From Octopus sinensis (lineage: Eukaryota): 64,000 bases of DNA. Made by a program: the position numbers and the translations under genes. Location of the stretch: positions 98,146,001 through 98,210,000 of the forward strand of contig NC_043001.1 of NCBI RefSeq assembly GCF_006345805.1, given 5' to 3'. Within the stretch, counting starts at the first letter, position 1; every line of letters starts with the position of its first letter. A model generated the notes under the pieces. That model was not told the DNA's origin. It did not search any database and saw only the letters and a program-made list of their open reading frames with translations. Below, piece by piece: positions 27,070-39,079 of this stretch.

Positions 27070-29985
27070 TCGTAAGCTGCAATCTATCCCTCAAGCTGCT
27101 GATGAGCATCTCATGACCTTTCGTATACCCAGTGCATATGCACCTACTTTATCAAAATCTGAACAAGAACATAACAGTTTCATTGCCAACAGTCATCAGT
27201 AAAATTCCATATCATGACAAGTCATATTGATGGCGATCTTAATGCCAGAGTAGGTTACAAACACCCAGTGTTGGCAAAAGAAATAGGAAAACAAGGAGTA
27301 CGGGATATGAAAGCAAGTGGTTTACAACTGTTTTCCTTTTGTTAACAATTCGGTTTAACAATTATAAACAGAATATTTAAGCAGGCAGGTAAGTATACAA
27401 AGACCTGGAAGCACCTCCGATCTGGTAACTGGAACATGCTTGACTATGCTATAACTAAGAGCAAAGATTGCAATGATGTCGGATTAAATGGAACTCACGA
27501 AAAAATTTTTGAGTGTTACTCGGATCACAGAATAGTTTGCAGTAAGCTATTTGTTAAACCTTATATAAAGAGGCCATTGAGATTCAATATACCTCAGTGA
27601 ATAAACATGTCTTTTTAAAAAATATCCTGAAAAATATACAAAATTTTGGAGAACATCAAGATTAAGAACTTGAGAATATAGAGGAAAGCAATGATCCTGA
27701 AGTTTTGTGGCGTAATCTTCGCGACAGCATTAATACATCTGCTGAAGAGTATCTAGGATTCGTCAAGCTCAAACATCAAGATTGGTTCGATGAGAATGAT
27801 TCTCAAATCAAACGTCTCTTAAGCACAAAAGGCACAAGGCACTGATTTCAAACGAAAACATACCATCACTCAGTTCCTTATACATCTCAAAGGAAATTGC
27901 TCACAAAAAAATGCATGAGATAAAAATTCTTGATGCGTAAAAAAAACAAAACCCAAGAACTGGAACTAGTTGCTAACTCCCACTACTTATCGTGTGATAA
28001 TTTGAAAGGGGTATTTTGTCCACAAAGGGCGATACAGAAGTTATTATTTCTAATTACAGATCAGGACTATTAAGTAGAAAAATGAAATTTTGAAAAGATC
28101 CCCTGAACATTTTAACTCCGTATTAAATAAAGAATCCACTACTGATCCTGAAGTAATCAATGAAATCCTTCAGAGGCCTCTAATTAAGAAACTTTAAGAA
28201 GATCCTTCCTTGAGAGCGGTGACTACTGTTTTTCAGAAAATTTACGATGTTAAAGTTCCTGGCCAAAACGTTACTCCAATAGGAATGTACAAGTATGATG
28301 GTAGACGGCTTGTAAGAAAGCTACGGAAATTTATTTACTTGATCAAGAAAATTGGATCTGTTCCTTCACAATTCAAAGATGAATCTATAACACGCTTGGC
28401 TTGTATAAAAACAAAGGCAAGAAGATTGTATATGATAATTACAGGGGAATAAGTTTGTTGTAAATAAGTGAAAAAATTCTTGAAAGGGTGATTCAATAAG
28501 CATGTCGTACACAGTATATATCTTGAATGCCAACGTGTATTTCACATTTGACATGATTTTTGTCCTTAGGCAAGTTCAAAAAAGCATGTGAGCAAAATAC
28601 TGACTTGTATATGGTTTTTGCCGACTTGACTGAGGCCTTTGATACTGTGAATCGTGTGGCACTTTGGAACATTTTGTCAAAAGATGGTCTTCCTGATAAA
28701 ATAATAAGGATAAGATCTTTGCACACAAGAATAATGGCAACATTGATATCTAACGGTCAATATTCAGAGGCATTTACTATTTTCACTGGAACTGAACAGG
28801 TCTAGGTTCTAACTCCTGTACTTTTTACCATATTCTTTTCGATATTGCTCCAACATGCTTTTACGGATTACAATGAGGGTGTAAAATCTGTTTAGCGCAG
28901 ACGGAAATCTATTAAACAGAAATGGACGAAACTTCAGATCAAAGAAAAAGGCCAAGGAAGAGATTCTACGCGATTTTCTGTTCGTTGATGATTGTGCTCT
29001 GATTTCTCATACATTTGAAGGAATTCAGGATTCAGACGACAGCTTTGCTGCGGCAGCTCATGCATTTCAGTTTACTATCAGCATTAAGAAGACTAAAATT
29101 TTATTACAATTAAAACATAGGACACGACATACACAAGATTCAAGTGTAATAATTAAAGATAAACCACTCAGATGGGTCAGGTCATTTAGATATCTTGGAA
29201 GTACAGTAAACTTTAAGAATACTCTTGATGACAAAATCAATGTTAGAACATCAAAGGCTACAAGTAATTATGGAAAACTTACCATCGTTTGTGGAATTAA
29301 CACAATGTCCGTTTGAAAACTAAAATAAGTGTTTACAAGTCTTTATTTTGAGCAGACATTTGTACGGGACAGACGCATGGACTCCTTACTACAGACATAC
29401 AAAGAAATTGCGATGTTTAGCAATATTTGCAACATAAGATGACAATATAAGATAAACACACATCAAAATTTTAGAAAAGTGTAATATCTCCAGTAACGTA
29501 AGCATACTGTTGAGAATTCAGTGCAGATGGGCAGGACACGTTTGAATGCAAGACGATCGCATTTCGAAAATTATTTTGTAAGGCCCACAAATTGAGATAT
29601 ATCGCGGTAAAGGGAGACCCCTACTATGGTGTAAGGATATGTTGAAACTCTAAAATCCCTACAGCTTAATTTAAGAACTTGAGAAATTTATTGTCTAGGT
29701 CGATCTGAGTGGCATAAAATGTGTCATGGTACGTTTAAACAATTTGAGTTGGAGAAACAGAACCATCAAAGAATTGCCTCCTGCTGTCAATAGAAACATT
29801 TGTCCAGTCCTCGGCAAACCTCAGTGTCCCTATTGTAACTTCGTATCAAAATCCATACCTAGACTAAAATCACATTGACGCATCCAATGCAAATAGATGC
29901 AGCTTCTGTTATTTCAAATCATTTCTTTTAAATCCTTTCATTCAGACACTCACACGTCGAAATCTACGGAAGTGACCACCATTAT
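27070..29985 (+). mobile_element. Decayed 5'-truncated RTE-clade LINE (APE + RT + C-terminal Cys/His motif)
   Basis: APE remnants SAYAPT, GDLNARVG, KTWKHLRSGNWNMLDY. RT remnants FADLTEAFDTVNRVALWNILSK, FVDDCAL, TISIKKTKIL, YLGS. C-terminal CPYCNFVSKS..LKSH. It ends at cgtcgaaatctacggaagtgaccacc-att. Many stops and frameshifts. Confidence 0.92.
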
Positions 29986-30169
29986 TGCTATGGTTTTATT
30001 ACTTTCAATTTTGTTTATATTTCTTGCCAAGTGTTTTCCCGACACGTAGAGTAAAGAAATTCAATGAATACAATGATAGGCCTTTGAAATAAGCACACCA
30101 AAGTTTTCATTTACAAATTTCAAATGAAATTATAAAAAATGCATTTACGTGGTTGGTAACTGTTTTCTC

Positions 30170-30322
30170 AGCGACAATACTCTCTCCTCAAACTTAATAT
30201 TTTCAGAATAATTTTCAGTTCCTTTTTTTTTTATCATTCCAAGTGTTCCTAGAATCGTTGGTATTGTAACCGCCTTCAGATGCCACATTTCTTCAATTTC
30301 AATGGGCAAATCTGTATACCCA
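30170..30322 (-). mobile_element. R4/Dong-like RLE C-terminal fragment
   Basis: GYTDLPIEIEEMWHLKAVTIPTILGTLGMIKKKGTENY matches the KYxDLxIEIxxMW...IPxIxGALG end of R4-type ORFs. It abuts a (TAA)/(CAT) microsatellite. Confidence 0.65.
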
Positions 30323-30352
30323 ATTATTATTATTATTATGATTATTATCATT

Positions 30353-30384
<32 letters not shown>

Positions 30385-30771
30385 TGTTATTATTATTACT
30401 GACCACATCTAGAAAAGCAAGAAGTAAATTTGTTTAATTACCAATAACGTGCACTCTAGGAGTGAGAAAAATAGTTAAAAACATTTTAAAGATTCTAATT
30501 TAAACTGAGGACACTAAAAATGCCTAATATGAATTTATAAGGTGAGAAAATTCTTTTATAGCAAGAATCACCAGCGATGATTAATGCTATCAATTACTTG
30601 CACTATCATAAGAATTATAATCATGGCTTCTAACCTAGACGCAATGCCAACAATTTCAAGAGAAGAATATTAGTCAAAGCTATTAACTCTAGTCTTAAAT
30701 GGTATTTTATGCAGACGATCCTGAAAGGATGAAAAATGAAGCTGACCTCGGTAGAATTTCGATGCAGCGTA

Positions 30772-30803
<32 letters not shown>

Positions 30804-31257
30804 ACAGTTATTAGTGTTGTTGAAACAACAGTTGTAACAATATAAATAATTGGTATCAAAATTTACCACTAGGCCAGCATTTTCTCAGGGTAGGAGTAAG
30901 TCGATTATGTCGATCCCAGTACTCAACTGGTACTTATTTTCTCGACTCCAAATGGATGAAGGACAAAGTCGACTTCGGCGGAATTCGAACTTATAACGTG
31001 GAGACGGATGAAATGTTGCAAATTACTTTTCCCGGCGTGCTAACGATTATTTTCTACACTAGGCACAAGGCCCGAAATTTTGGGAGAGGGTGAAGTCGAT
31101 TAGATCGACCCCAGTACGCAACTGGTATTTCATTTATCGGCCCCGAAAGAAAGAAAGCAAAGTCGACCTCGGCGGAATTTGAACTCAGAACGTAAAGACA
31201 GACGAGAGACCGCTAAGCATTTCGTCCGGCGTGCTAACGTTTCTGCCAGCCTGCCGC

Positions 31258-31329
<72 letters not shown>

Positions 31330-31486
31330 CCTTTCTAATAAAGGCACAAATCTTGAAATCTTTGAGGGTGGGGACCAGTCGATTAAATCGAATCCAGTGT
31401 TTCACTGGTACTTAATTTATCGACTCAATATGGCTGAAAGGAAAGTCGACCTCAGAGGAATTTGAACTCAGAATGTAGCACCGGGT

Positions 31487-31727
31487 GAAATACCAATTTC
31501 TTTACTACTCACAAGGGGCTAAACATAGAGATGACAAACAAGGACAGACAAACGGATCAAGTCGATTATATCGACCCCAGTGCGTAACTGGTACTTATTT
31601 TATCGACCCCGAAAGGATGAAAGGCAAAGTCGACCTCGGCGGAATTCGAACTCAGAACATAACGGCAGACGAAATACTGCTAAGCATTATGCCCGGAGTG
31701 TTAATGTTTCTGCCAGCCTGCCACCTT
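31487..31727 (-). mobile_element. SINE family B inserted in a family C SINE
   Basis: The 3' end joins at gaaatacc of the host SINE. Confidence 0.9.
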
Positions 31728-31754
31728 TAATAATAACAATAATAATAATATTCA

Positions 31755-31798
<44 letters not shown>

Positions 31799-31822
31799 AC
31801 TACTACTATTACTACTACAACA

Positions 31823-31871
<49 letters not shown>

Positions 31872-32742
31872 ATAATAATAATAATAATAATCCTTTCTAT
31901 TATAGGCACAAATCCTGAAATCTTTGAGGGTGGGGACTAGTCGATTAAATCGAATCCAGTGTTTCACTAGTACTTAATTTATCGACTCAATATGAATGAA
32001 AGGAAAGTCGACCTCAGAGGAATTTGAACTCAGAACATAGCACGGGTGAAATACCGTTAAGCATTTCCTCCAGGGTGCCAAAGATTCTGTCGGTTCACCG
32101 CCTTAAATAATGGTAACAAAAGTAGACATTGATTCTGACAAATACGTAGCAGTTCTCTTTTAGCAGAGGTTTTGATCAACTAGTTGATGCAATTATTAAC
32201 ATCATCTATTCTTGGTTGAAGGAAGTTGATCTCAAAAAAGTTTCGAAGTGACATCTTAAACTTTGGCCTGAATAATTATATTTTTATCCATTTGGTTATG
32301 CACACAAGCGCAAGCACACAGAGACGCACGCACACACACACACACACACACAACCATACATCTCTTTCTGTGCATGGGTGTATGTCTCTGTGTGTGAATG
32401 TGTGCCTCTATGTCAAACTATGTTTATAAAATCAATTGAATTACTCAACAAAAGGAAATTCTTGTTAATCTTTACAATGAAGAGTTTGACAATGCTCATC
32501 GCTGTTTCGGCTTACCTGGCGTCATCAATCGGACTGTCATCTACTTTGCATCTCTTTGGCTTTATAAACATTTGACAGTTTTTTTTTTATTTTGTGCAGG
32601 ATGGGTTGGTATAGGTAGAAGAAAATTTCTATGGAAATATGTAAAATAAAGGAAGATGGAAAGTTGAAGTGAAGAGATTTATTTTGATCTGATAAATGGA
32701 GCATATTATTGTTTTGGATAAATTCAGGAGTTGTAATAAAGG

Positions 32743-33121
32743 GGCAAACAAACGTATTACGACGATGAGGGTTCCGGTTGATCCGATCAACGGAACAGCC
32801 TGCTCGTGAAATTAACGTGTAAGTGGCTGAGCACTCCACAGACACGTGTACCCTTAACGTAGTTCTCGGGGATATTCAGCGTGACACAGAGAGTGACAAG
32901 GCCGGCTCTTTGAAATACAAGTACAACAGAAACAGGAAGTAAGAGTGAGAGAAAGTTGTGGTGAAAGAGTACAGCAGGGATCACCACCATCCCTGCCGGA
33001 GCCTCGTGGAGCTTTAGGTGTTTTCGCTCAATAAACACTCACAACGCCCGGTCTGGGAATCGAAACCGCAATCCTACGACTGCGAGTCCGCTGCCCTAAC
33101 CACTGGGCCATTGCGCCTCCA
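32743..33121 (-). mobile_element. SINE family D with a different 3' tail (shared with family E)
   Basis: Same head and body as 9362-9555, then cacgtgtctgtggagtgctcagccacttacacg...catcgtcgtaa. Confidence 0.88.
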
Positions 33122-33485
33122 CCCGGTCATGTCATACTTTCTATATCATGTTGGTCCTTGAAATATTTTTGGATTCACAAAGGAATATTGATACGAGATA
33201 AATTTAAGGCGTTGAGCTGGCAGAATCGTTAGCGCGCCGGGCAAAATGGTTAGCGGCATTTCGTCCGTCTTCACGTTCTCAGTTCAAATTCCACCGACAA
33301 ATAAGTAGCAGTTCTCTTTTAGCAGAGGTTTTGATCAACAAATTGATGCAATTATTAAATTCATCTAACCTTGGTTGTAGCGTGTATCTGGATGTTTTGT
33401 TGTCCCTTTTTGTATCACCTATCTCGATGTTTTACGTTCTTGTCCCATAAACGAATTTAAAGGATATATATATATATATATATAT

Positions 33486-34134
33486 CCTTTAAATTCGTTT
33501 ATGTCAAACGTTTTTGAGGGTCCCCTTAAATCGCTCCTATGTTATTTATTCAGGCTTCTGTTATTCGTTCTCATCTTCCAGAGTAATTTTATGACGGTTA
33601 TCAGTCTAGTGCCGTTATAGCGTAAGATGAATATAGTAATGGAAGAACTTTTGGTTGGAAATTCATAAATGTTTTAATGCATTGCTACGTACTTTTCCAC
33701 ATACCACATATTTTAGTTGTATTCCCTATGCATAGGATATTACAAATATCATTTTGCAAAATCCCTGGATTATAAGGGGAATATTAATTCATGTGTTCCT
33801 TTCTTCAGGTAAAGAAAGGGACACGTTTATTAATATTCCCCTTAATATCCATAAATTTTGCAAATTATACTTGTAATATCTTATGCATAGGGAATGCAAC
33901 AACTAAAACATGAGGTATGTGGAAACGTATGTAGCAATGCCTTAAAGGATTTATGAATTTCCACCCAAAAGTTCTTGCTATTACTACATTCATCCTACGA
34001 TATAACGGCACCAGACTAATAGCCTTCTCATAAAATTACTCTGGAAATGGGAACAATAAGCAGTAGCCGGAATAAATAGTATAGAATCGTTTTAAGAGCG
34101 CACTCAAAAATGTATCATATGAACGAACTTAAAG
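33486..34134. repeat. About 650-bp imperfect fold-back palindrome (MITE-like)
   Basis: Arms pair throughout, e.g. ttccctatgcataggatattac / gtaatatcttatgcatagggaa, gtaattttatga / tcataaaattac, ctttaaattcgtt / aacgaacttaaag. The centre is near 33808. Confidence 0.9.
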
Positions 34135-34143
34135 TTTATAATA

Positions 34144-34362
34144 TACTAGCTATTTTGACCCGTGCTTCTCTCGGGTTTTTGTTGGTGATGGCATCTAAAC
34201 GGTAGCGCTGAGCGACTTGCAACCCTCCTCACACTATTGCCCCGCCGTGTAAATTTTAGCGCCAATCCGACCCAATCTACTGTCCCTTAAACCGTTCCCA
34301 TCTCAAAATGAGACAAATAACCAAGAAATAAAACAACTTTTTCACATTTCATCTTTATAGAT
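34144..34362 (+). mobile_element. Helentron/HINE-like non-autonomous element
   Basis: Starts tactagctattttgacccgtgcttctctcgggt (ACTAG plus a cccg..cggg sub-terminal stem) and ends ...catttcatctttatagat, the usual HINE/DINE-1-like architecture. Confidence 0.55.
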
Positions 34363-37191
34363 ATTGATAAACTCTTAAGATAATTTTTGTTATATATAGT
34401 TCGTTTTATATAGTGTTCGTTGTAGGAAGCATAAATGTATACATTTGACGTGACACGTTGCATAAGTACCCCAGGATTTAAGAATTTCTAAGGGAGGTGT
34501 ACGTATTTCAGAGAAAACAGAGTATTAAGCAAAAACTTATTTCTCCAGAAAAGTATAGATCATAAACACATGCAAACGCAACAATCAGTGCACCAATTAT
34601 GCTATTATCAATTAGAGCACAACATATATAAGTTTCTCACTTTGTGAGCTAATTAAGGAAATATGGGTAATTTATAAACATATTTTCTTAATTATTTTTC
34701 TTCCTTTTTGTTTATTTCATATGCACTCTGTACAACTCCCACATAAATATTGCTTTTATGTAGACGATTAGCATATAGCAAGGGATCATTCATTTGTGAT
34801 ATTAAATCGTGTGGATATATGGCGGTTTACATTTACTAATTCACTGAACAAATCAGGAAATCTAAATCTCTCTTGGATGCAGTAGTATTGAGAATCAATA
34901 TAAAGTCGTGGAGGAGCAAACGAAATTACGTGAATTTGTGTGTTATACGACAGCAACATGAACTTGTTGAAAGTGAATTACACATCTCATAACTTTTGAA
35001 TACATTGATTTAAAGGGTTACCATGAACTTAATTCGATATATCTTCAGTTGTAAGAGGTTGGTGTTTCTGCATTTTTTTTTTCTTTTGTTCACTTACACA
35101 AAGGGACTTGGTGTATTAAATGAATAAATACTTTGAAGATGAAAGAGCATTATAAGGGAAAGCGAATATTTATTTAACATTCTGCATGCAGTTAACCCCC
35201 GTAAAAGGCATCATATAACCTCTAATAATTCACAGTTAGCGAATATTTCTCGTGAATACAACTGAACATCTATTTGTAATAAACCCAATGATGATCTAAT
35301 AGGATCTTCTCAGCTACAATGGTCAACGATTCCAGCTAAATAATTTCATTCAGATCATAAGGGACAGTGGTATAATATTAGAATTCATCTTTTATATCTT
35401 AATCTCGATCTGCGAAATTTGAAATTGAAGAATATCATAGAAAATGAGAAATATATAAAAGCAGTTTCTCCTTGACATGGTTTCATTATTCTTGATTAAT
35501 TCAAGGACAGCAAGCAAACTGTCAAAAGCATCTCAGCCATGGTCATCCTGTCTTATTTCAGATGCGATGTGTGCAAGAATACTTTACCCTATTTTAAATC
35601 TAGAATGTGATATGAGAGAGATTTGGGTCCTTGCTATTTCTACCATTTGTGTCTACAGCGTTGAGAGTCGATGACTCTCTTGCTCATCGTTGGTAACGTC
35701 TGTATTCGTACACGAGTTACAGTCAAAGTAAAATCTTCTAGCTGTTCTGTGAAAATCGACACAGCAATGAAAATATAAATTGCTAATTCTATAGAAAATT
35801 CGTCATCTGAGAAAGAAAGATCGGCGTAGTAGCTGTAGAATTTTCAACATTAGAAACTAGACAACATTCTATAAAACCCTTAAAGAATGTCGAACTTGTC
35901 TTCATAGAAATCAATCTCTAACGAAGAATGGTCCTAAATAAATGCTGTCGATGTGACACCATAAACATTAAATACTTAATATGTTGCTAATTAGATCCAG
36001 TGGCGAGCAGACAGAATCGTTAGCACCCCGGGTAAAATTCTTACCGGCATTTCGTCCATCTTTACGCTCTGTGTTCAAATTCAAGGTCGACTTTGCCTTT
36101 CGTCCATTCGATAAGATAAGTACCAGTTGAACACTACGGTGGATATAATGGAGTTGCCCCTTCCCCTGAATTTGCTGGCCTTGTGCCGAAATTTGAAGCC
36201 AATATCAAGGTTGCTGTTCATTCACTCCATTCTTCAAGAAGTATTGGCTAAATCTACCTCAAATTACAGCCTTAGCTTCTTTAAAAATTACATCACTGAC
36301 TATATGGATGATGTTGGCATTGATTTAAAACCAACGGGATATACACTTCCGTATTAGCTCACAGAAAAAAGTGAATTATATAAGTAACACTCTCATCAAT
36401 AGTTCTTCCTACTGTAGGGACAAAGCATGAAATTTTGAAGGAGATGGATAGTCAATTATATAGACCCAGTATTCAACTGGTCCTTTGTTTACTCAACCCC
36501 TTCCCCGAAAGGATGAATGACGAAGTACACCTTGGCAGAAGTTTATCTACGAACATGAAGCCGGAAGAAATGCTCTTAAGCTTTTTATCCGGTGTGTTAA
36601 CGATTCTGCACTGCCTTGTCGCCATTGTGCTCTCGTTAATAATAACATTATCTCTGCACTGATTGCCATATTTACATTGCTTTTGTATGTGATTATGATT
36701 TATGTTATACTGGAGAAATAGGTATCTGCTTAATAAAGCATTCTTTGTGATTGCAAATATTGAAAATTACTCAGAAATACAAGATAGGATAGTGGAACCG
36801 TCTGATAATGTATGTATTCTATCAGGGCAGACATCGGTATTAAAGAACGGTAACACCTAGTTTCAATATCATCGACATCGGCGCCATATTGATTAAGCTC
36901 GCTGATGTACGGAAACTTTAAATATTCTGGTTAACTAATCTATCGACCTTTTTACGTTGACACCTGATAAGAATATATAAGGAGAAGGAATAAAATTATG
37001 GCGTTATATTGTATTCATGAAAAATAGTCTTAAAGTGGACTGAAGTGGATTGTATCCAAAGCATTTTATATTACTGTTTCTTGTGAAATACATTCATTTA
37101 TCTTTTCTCTTTTACTTCTTTCAGTCATTACACTGCGGCTATATTGGGGTTCCACAACCTAAATTTTAATCTGTGCTATATGCTCAAATGA

Positions 37192-37606
37192 GACGATGAG
37201 CTGGCAGAAACGTTAGCAAGCCGGGCGAAATTCTTAGCGTTATTTCGTCTGCCGTTACGTTCTGAGTTCAAATTCCACCGAGGTCGACTTTGCCTTTCAT
37301 CCTTTCGGGGTCGATTAAATAAGTACCAGTTACGAACTGGTGTAGATGTAATCGACTTAATCCCTTTGTCTGTTCTTGTTTGTCCTCTCTGTGTTTAGCC
37401 CCTTGTGGGTAGTAAAGAAATAGGTATTTCGTCTGCCGCTACGTTCTGAGTTCAAATTCCGCCGAGGTCGACTTTGCCTTTCATCCTTTCAGGGTCGATA
37501 AATGAAGTACCAGTTACGCACTGGTGTAGATGTAATCGACTTAATCCCTTTGTCTGTCCTTGTTTGTCCTCTCTGTGCTTAGCCCCTTGAGGGCAATAAA
37601 TAAATA
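37192..37606 (+). mobile_element. SINE family B, head+body+body form
   Basis: Junction gtagtaaagaaataggtatttcgtctgccg near 37423. Confidence 0.92.
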
Positions 37607-38584
37607 AGATATCTCTTTCTCAGAGTGAACACTAGCACCAAGTACAAATTTCAGAGAAAGTCAGACGTGAGCTTTGAATATATTTTCTTCTAAATGATCT
37701 TGTAGCAACATTTAGGGAGTGATCTAGATTCAATTGTCATTTGACGGTATCATGTAAATTTAGTTCTCATTGAATATATTGAAGTAAATTATGTTAGGCA
37801 CTTTCTTACCCATCTAGTTAATAATTGTGTTTATTAGCTTCCAAGTCAGTTCTTGTGCGGGTTAAAGTGAAGTCAATTAAAGAAACTATACGACGGTATA
37901 TTACAACTAATTAATATTTTCGATTATGGAGAGATGACAGATGTAATCAACACCGACAGGTTTTGAACTTAAAACAAAAAATAAGATAATGAAAACCATT
38001 ATTTATTCCGATAGCCTATTGTTTATTCCATCAGACAGTTTTCACCCTCCCTAACATAGCATATTCATCTACACTTTTAAAAATTCGTTGCAAAACACAT
38101 AATAACATTTTGTTTTATTTTGCTATTTTTCTTTTGTTCTTGATTATATTTTTTATTGTTTACATCAGCAAGAAATATTAATCAAAATAATAATTACCTT
38201 GACAAGTGAAATTATCAAAAATTATTATCTTTTAACTGAAAAAAAAAAACATTTAAAAAAAATAAAAATGATTATTTCAGAACGTGAGAACATTAAAATA
38301 TAATGTCAATTTCATCTTGGCCATCCATTCTCCAACCAGTTACATTTCTATTCTCAGAGCATAGCTGTGTGGTTAAGAATTCGTCGTTTTTATCAAGTGG
38401 CTTCGATATCAATTCCAAGGCACGTTTGTGCAGGGAAAATTATATCGAATGTTTGGTTGAAGAGATTTGCGATTGTCTCTTAAAATGCATTTGAGATAAA
38501 TATAGTCATCTCGTTTGAGTTTTGTACATGGAAACTGTGCGACAACACGTCTAGGATAGATAGATAGATAGATAGGAAGGTAGG

Positions 38585-38615
<31 letters not shown>

Positions 38616-39079
38616 GTAGGTAGATAGATAGATAGTTTCTTTATTGGCTACACAGGGCTGGGGCTGCACACAGATGGGACAATTTACAAGGTAGAGCTTT
38701 TCTTTTGGGGGATGAAAAAAACAAGAAACAAAAAACAAGAGAAACAAAAAAAAGGTGGCGTAGGTTTTCGATCAAAAGGGATCGTAAAAGGGAAAAAAGA
38801 ACAAAAAATAAAAATAAATAAAAAAAAGGAAAAGGAACAAAAGAAAAGAGAAATGAAAAAAGAAGAAAAAAGGGGGAAAAAAGGGGAAGAGGAAAAAAAA
38901 ACGATCAATAGGGATCGTGTATCACAGTGTTATGATGTATGGTGTAAAGGGGAAAGCAAGGAAGGTTTATCCGTGGGAAGAAAAGCCTACGAAAAAGACC
39001 ACGGTAACCTTGGTCAATATTGTTATATGTTACCACATTTGTTTGCAAGTGGGTAACCCTCTGTTTTCAATTTTTGGGT

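Noticed and set aside
35540-35700. RCDVCKN resembling a C2H2 finger start, and a 34-nt candidate exon
   Set aside because: There is no His pair, a stop follows within 10 codons, and no homology is recognised.
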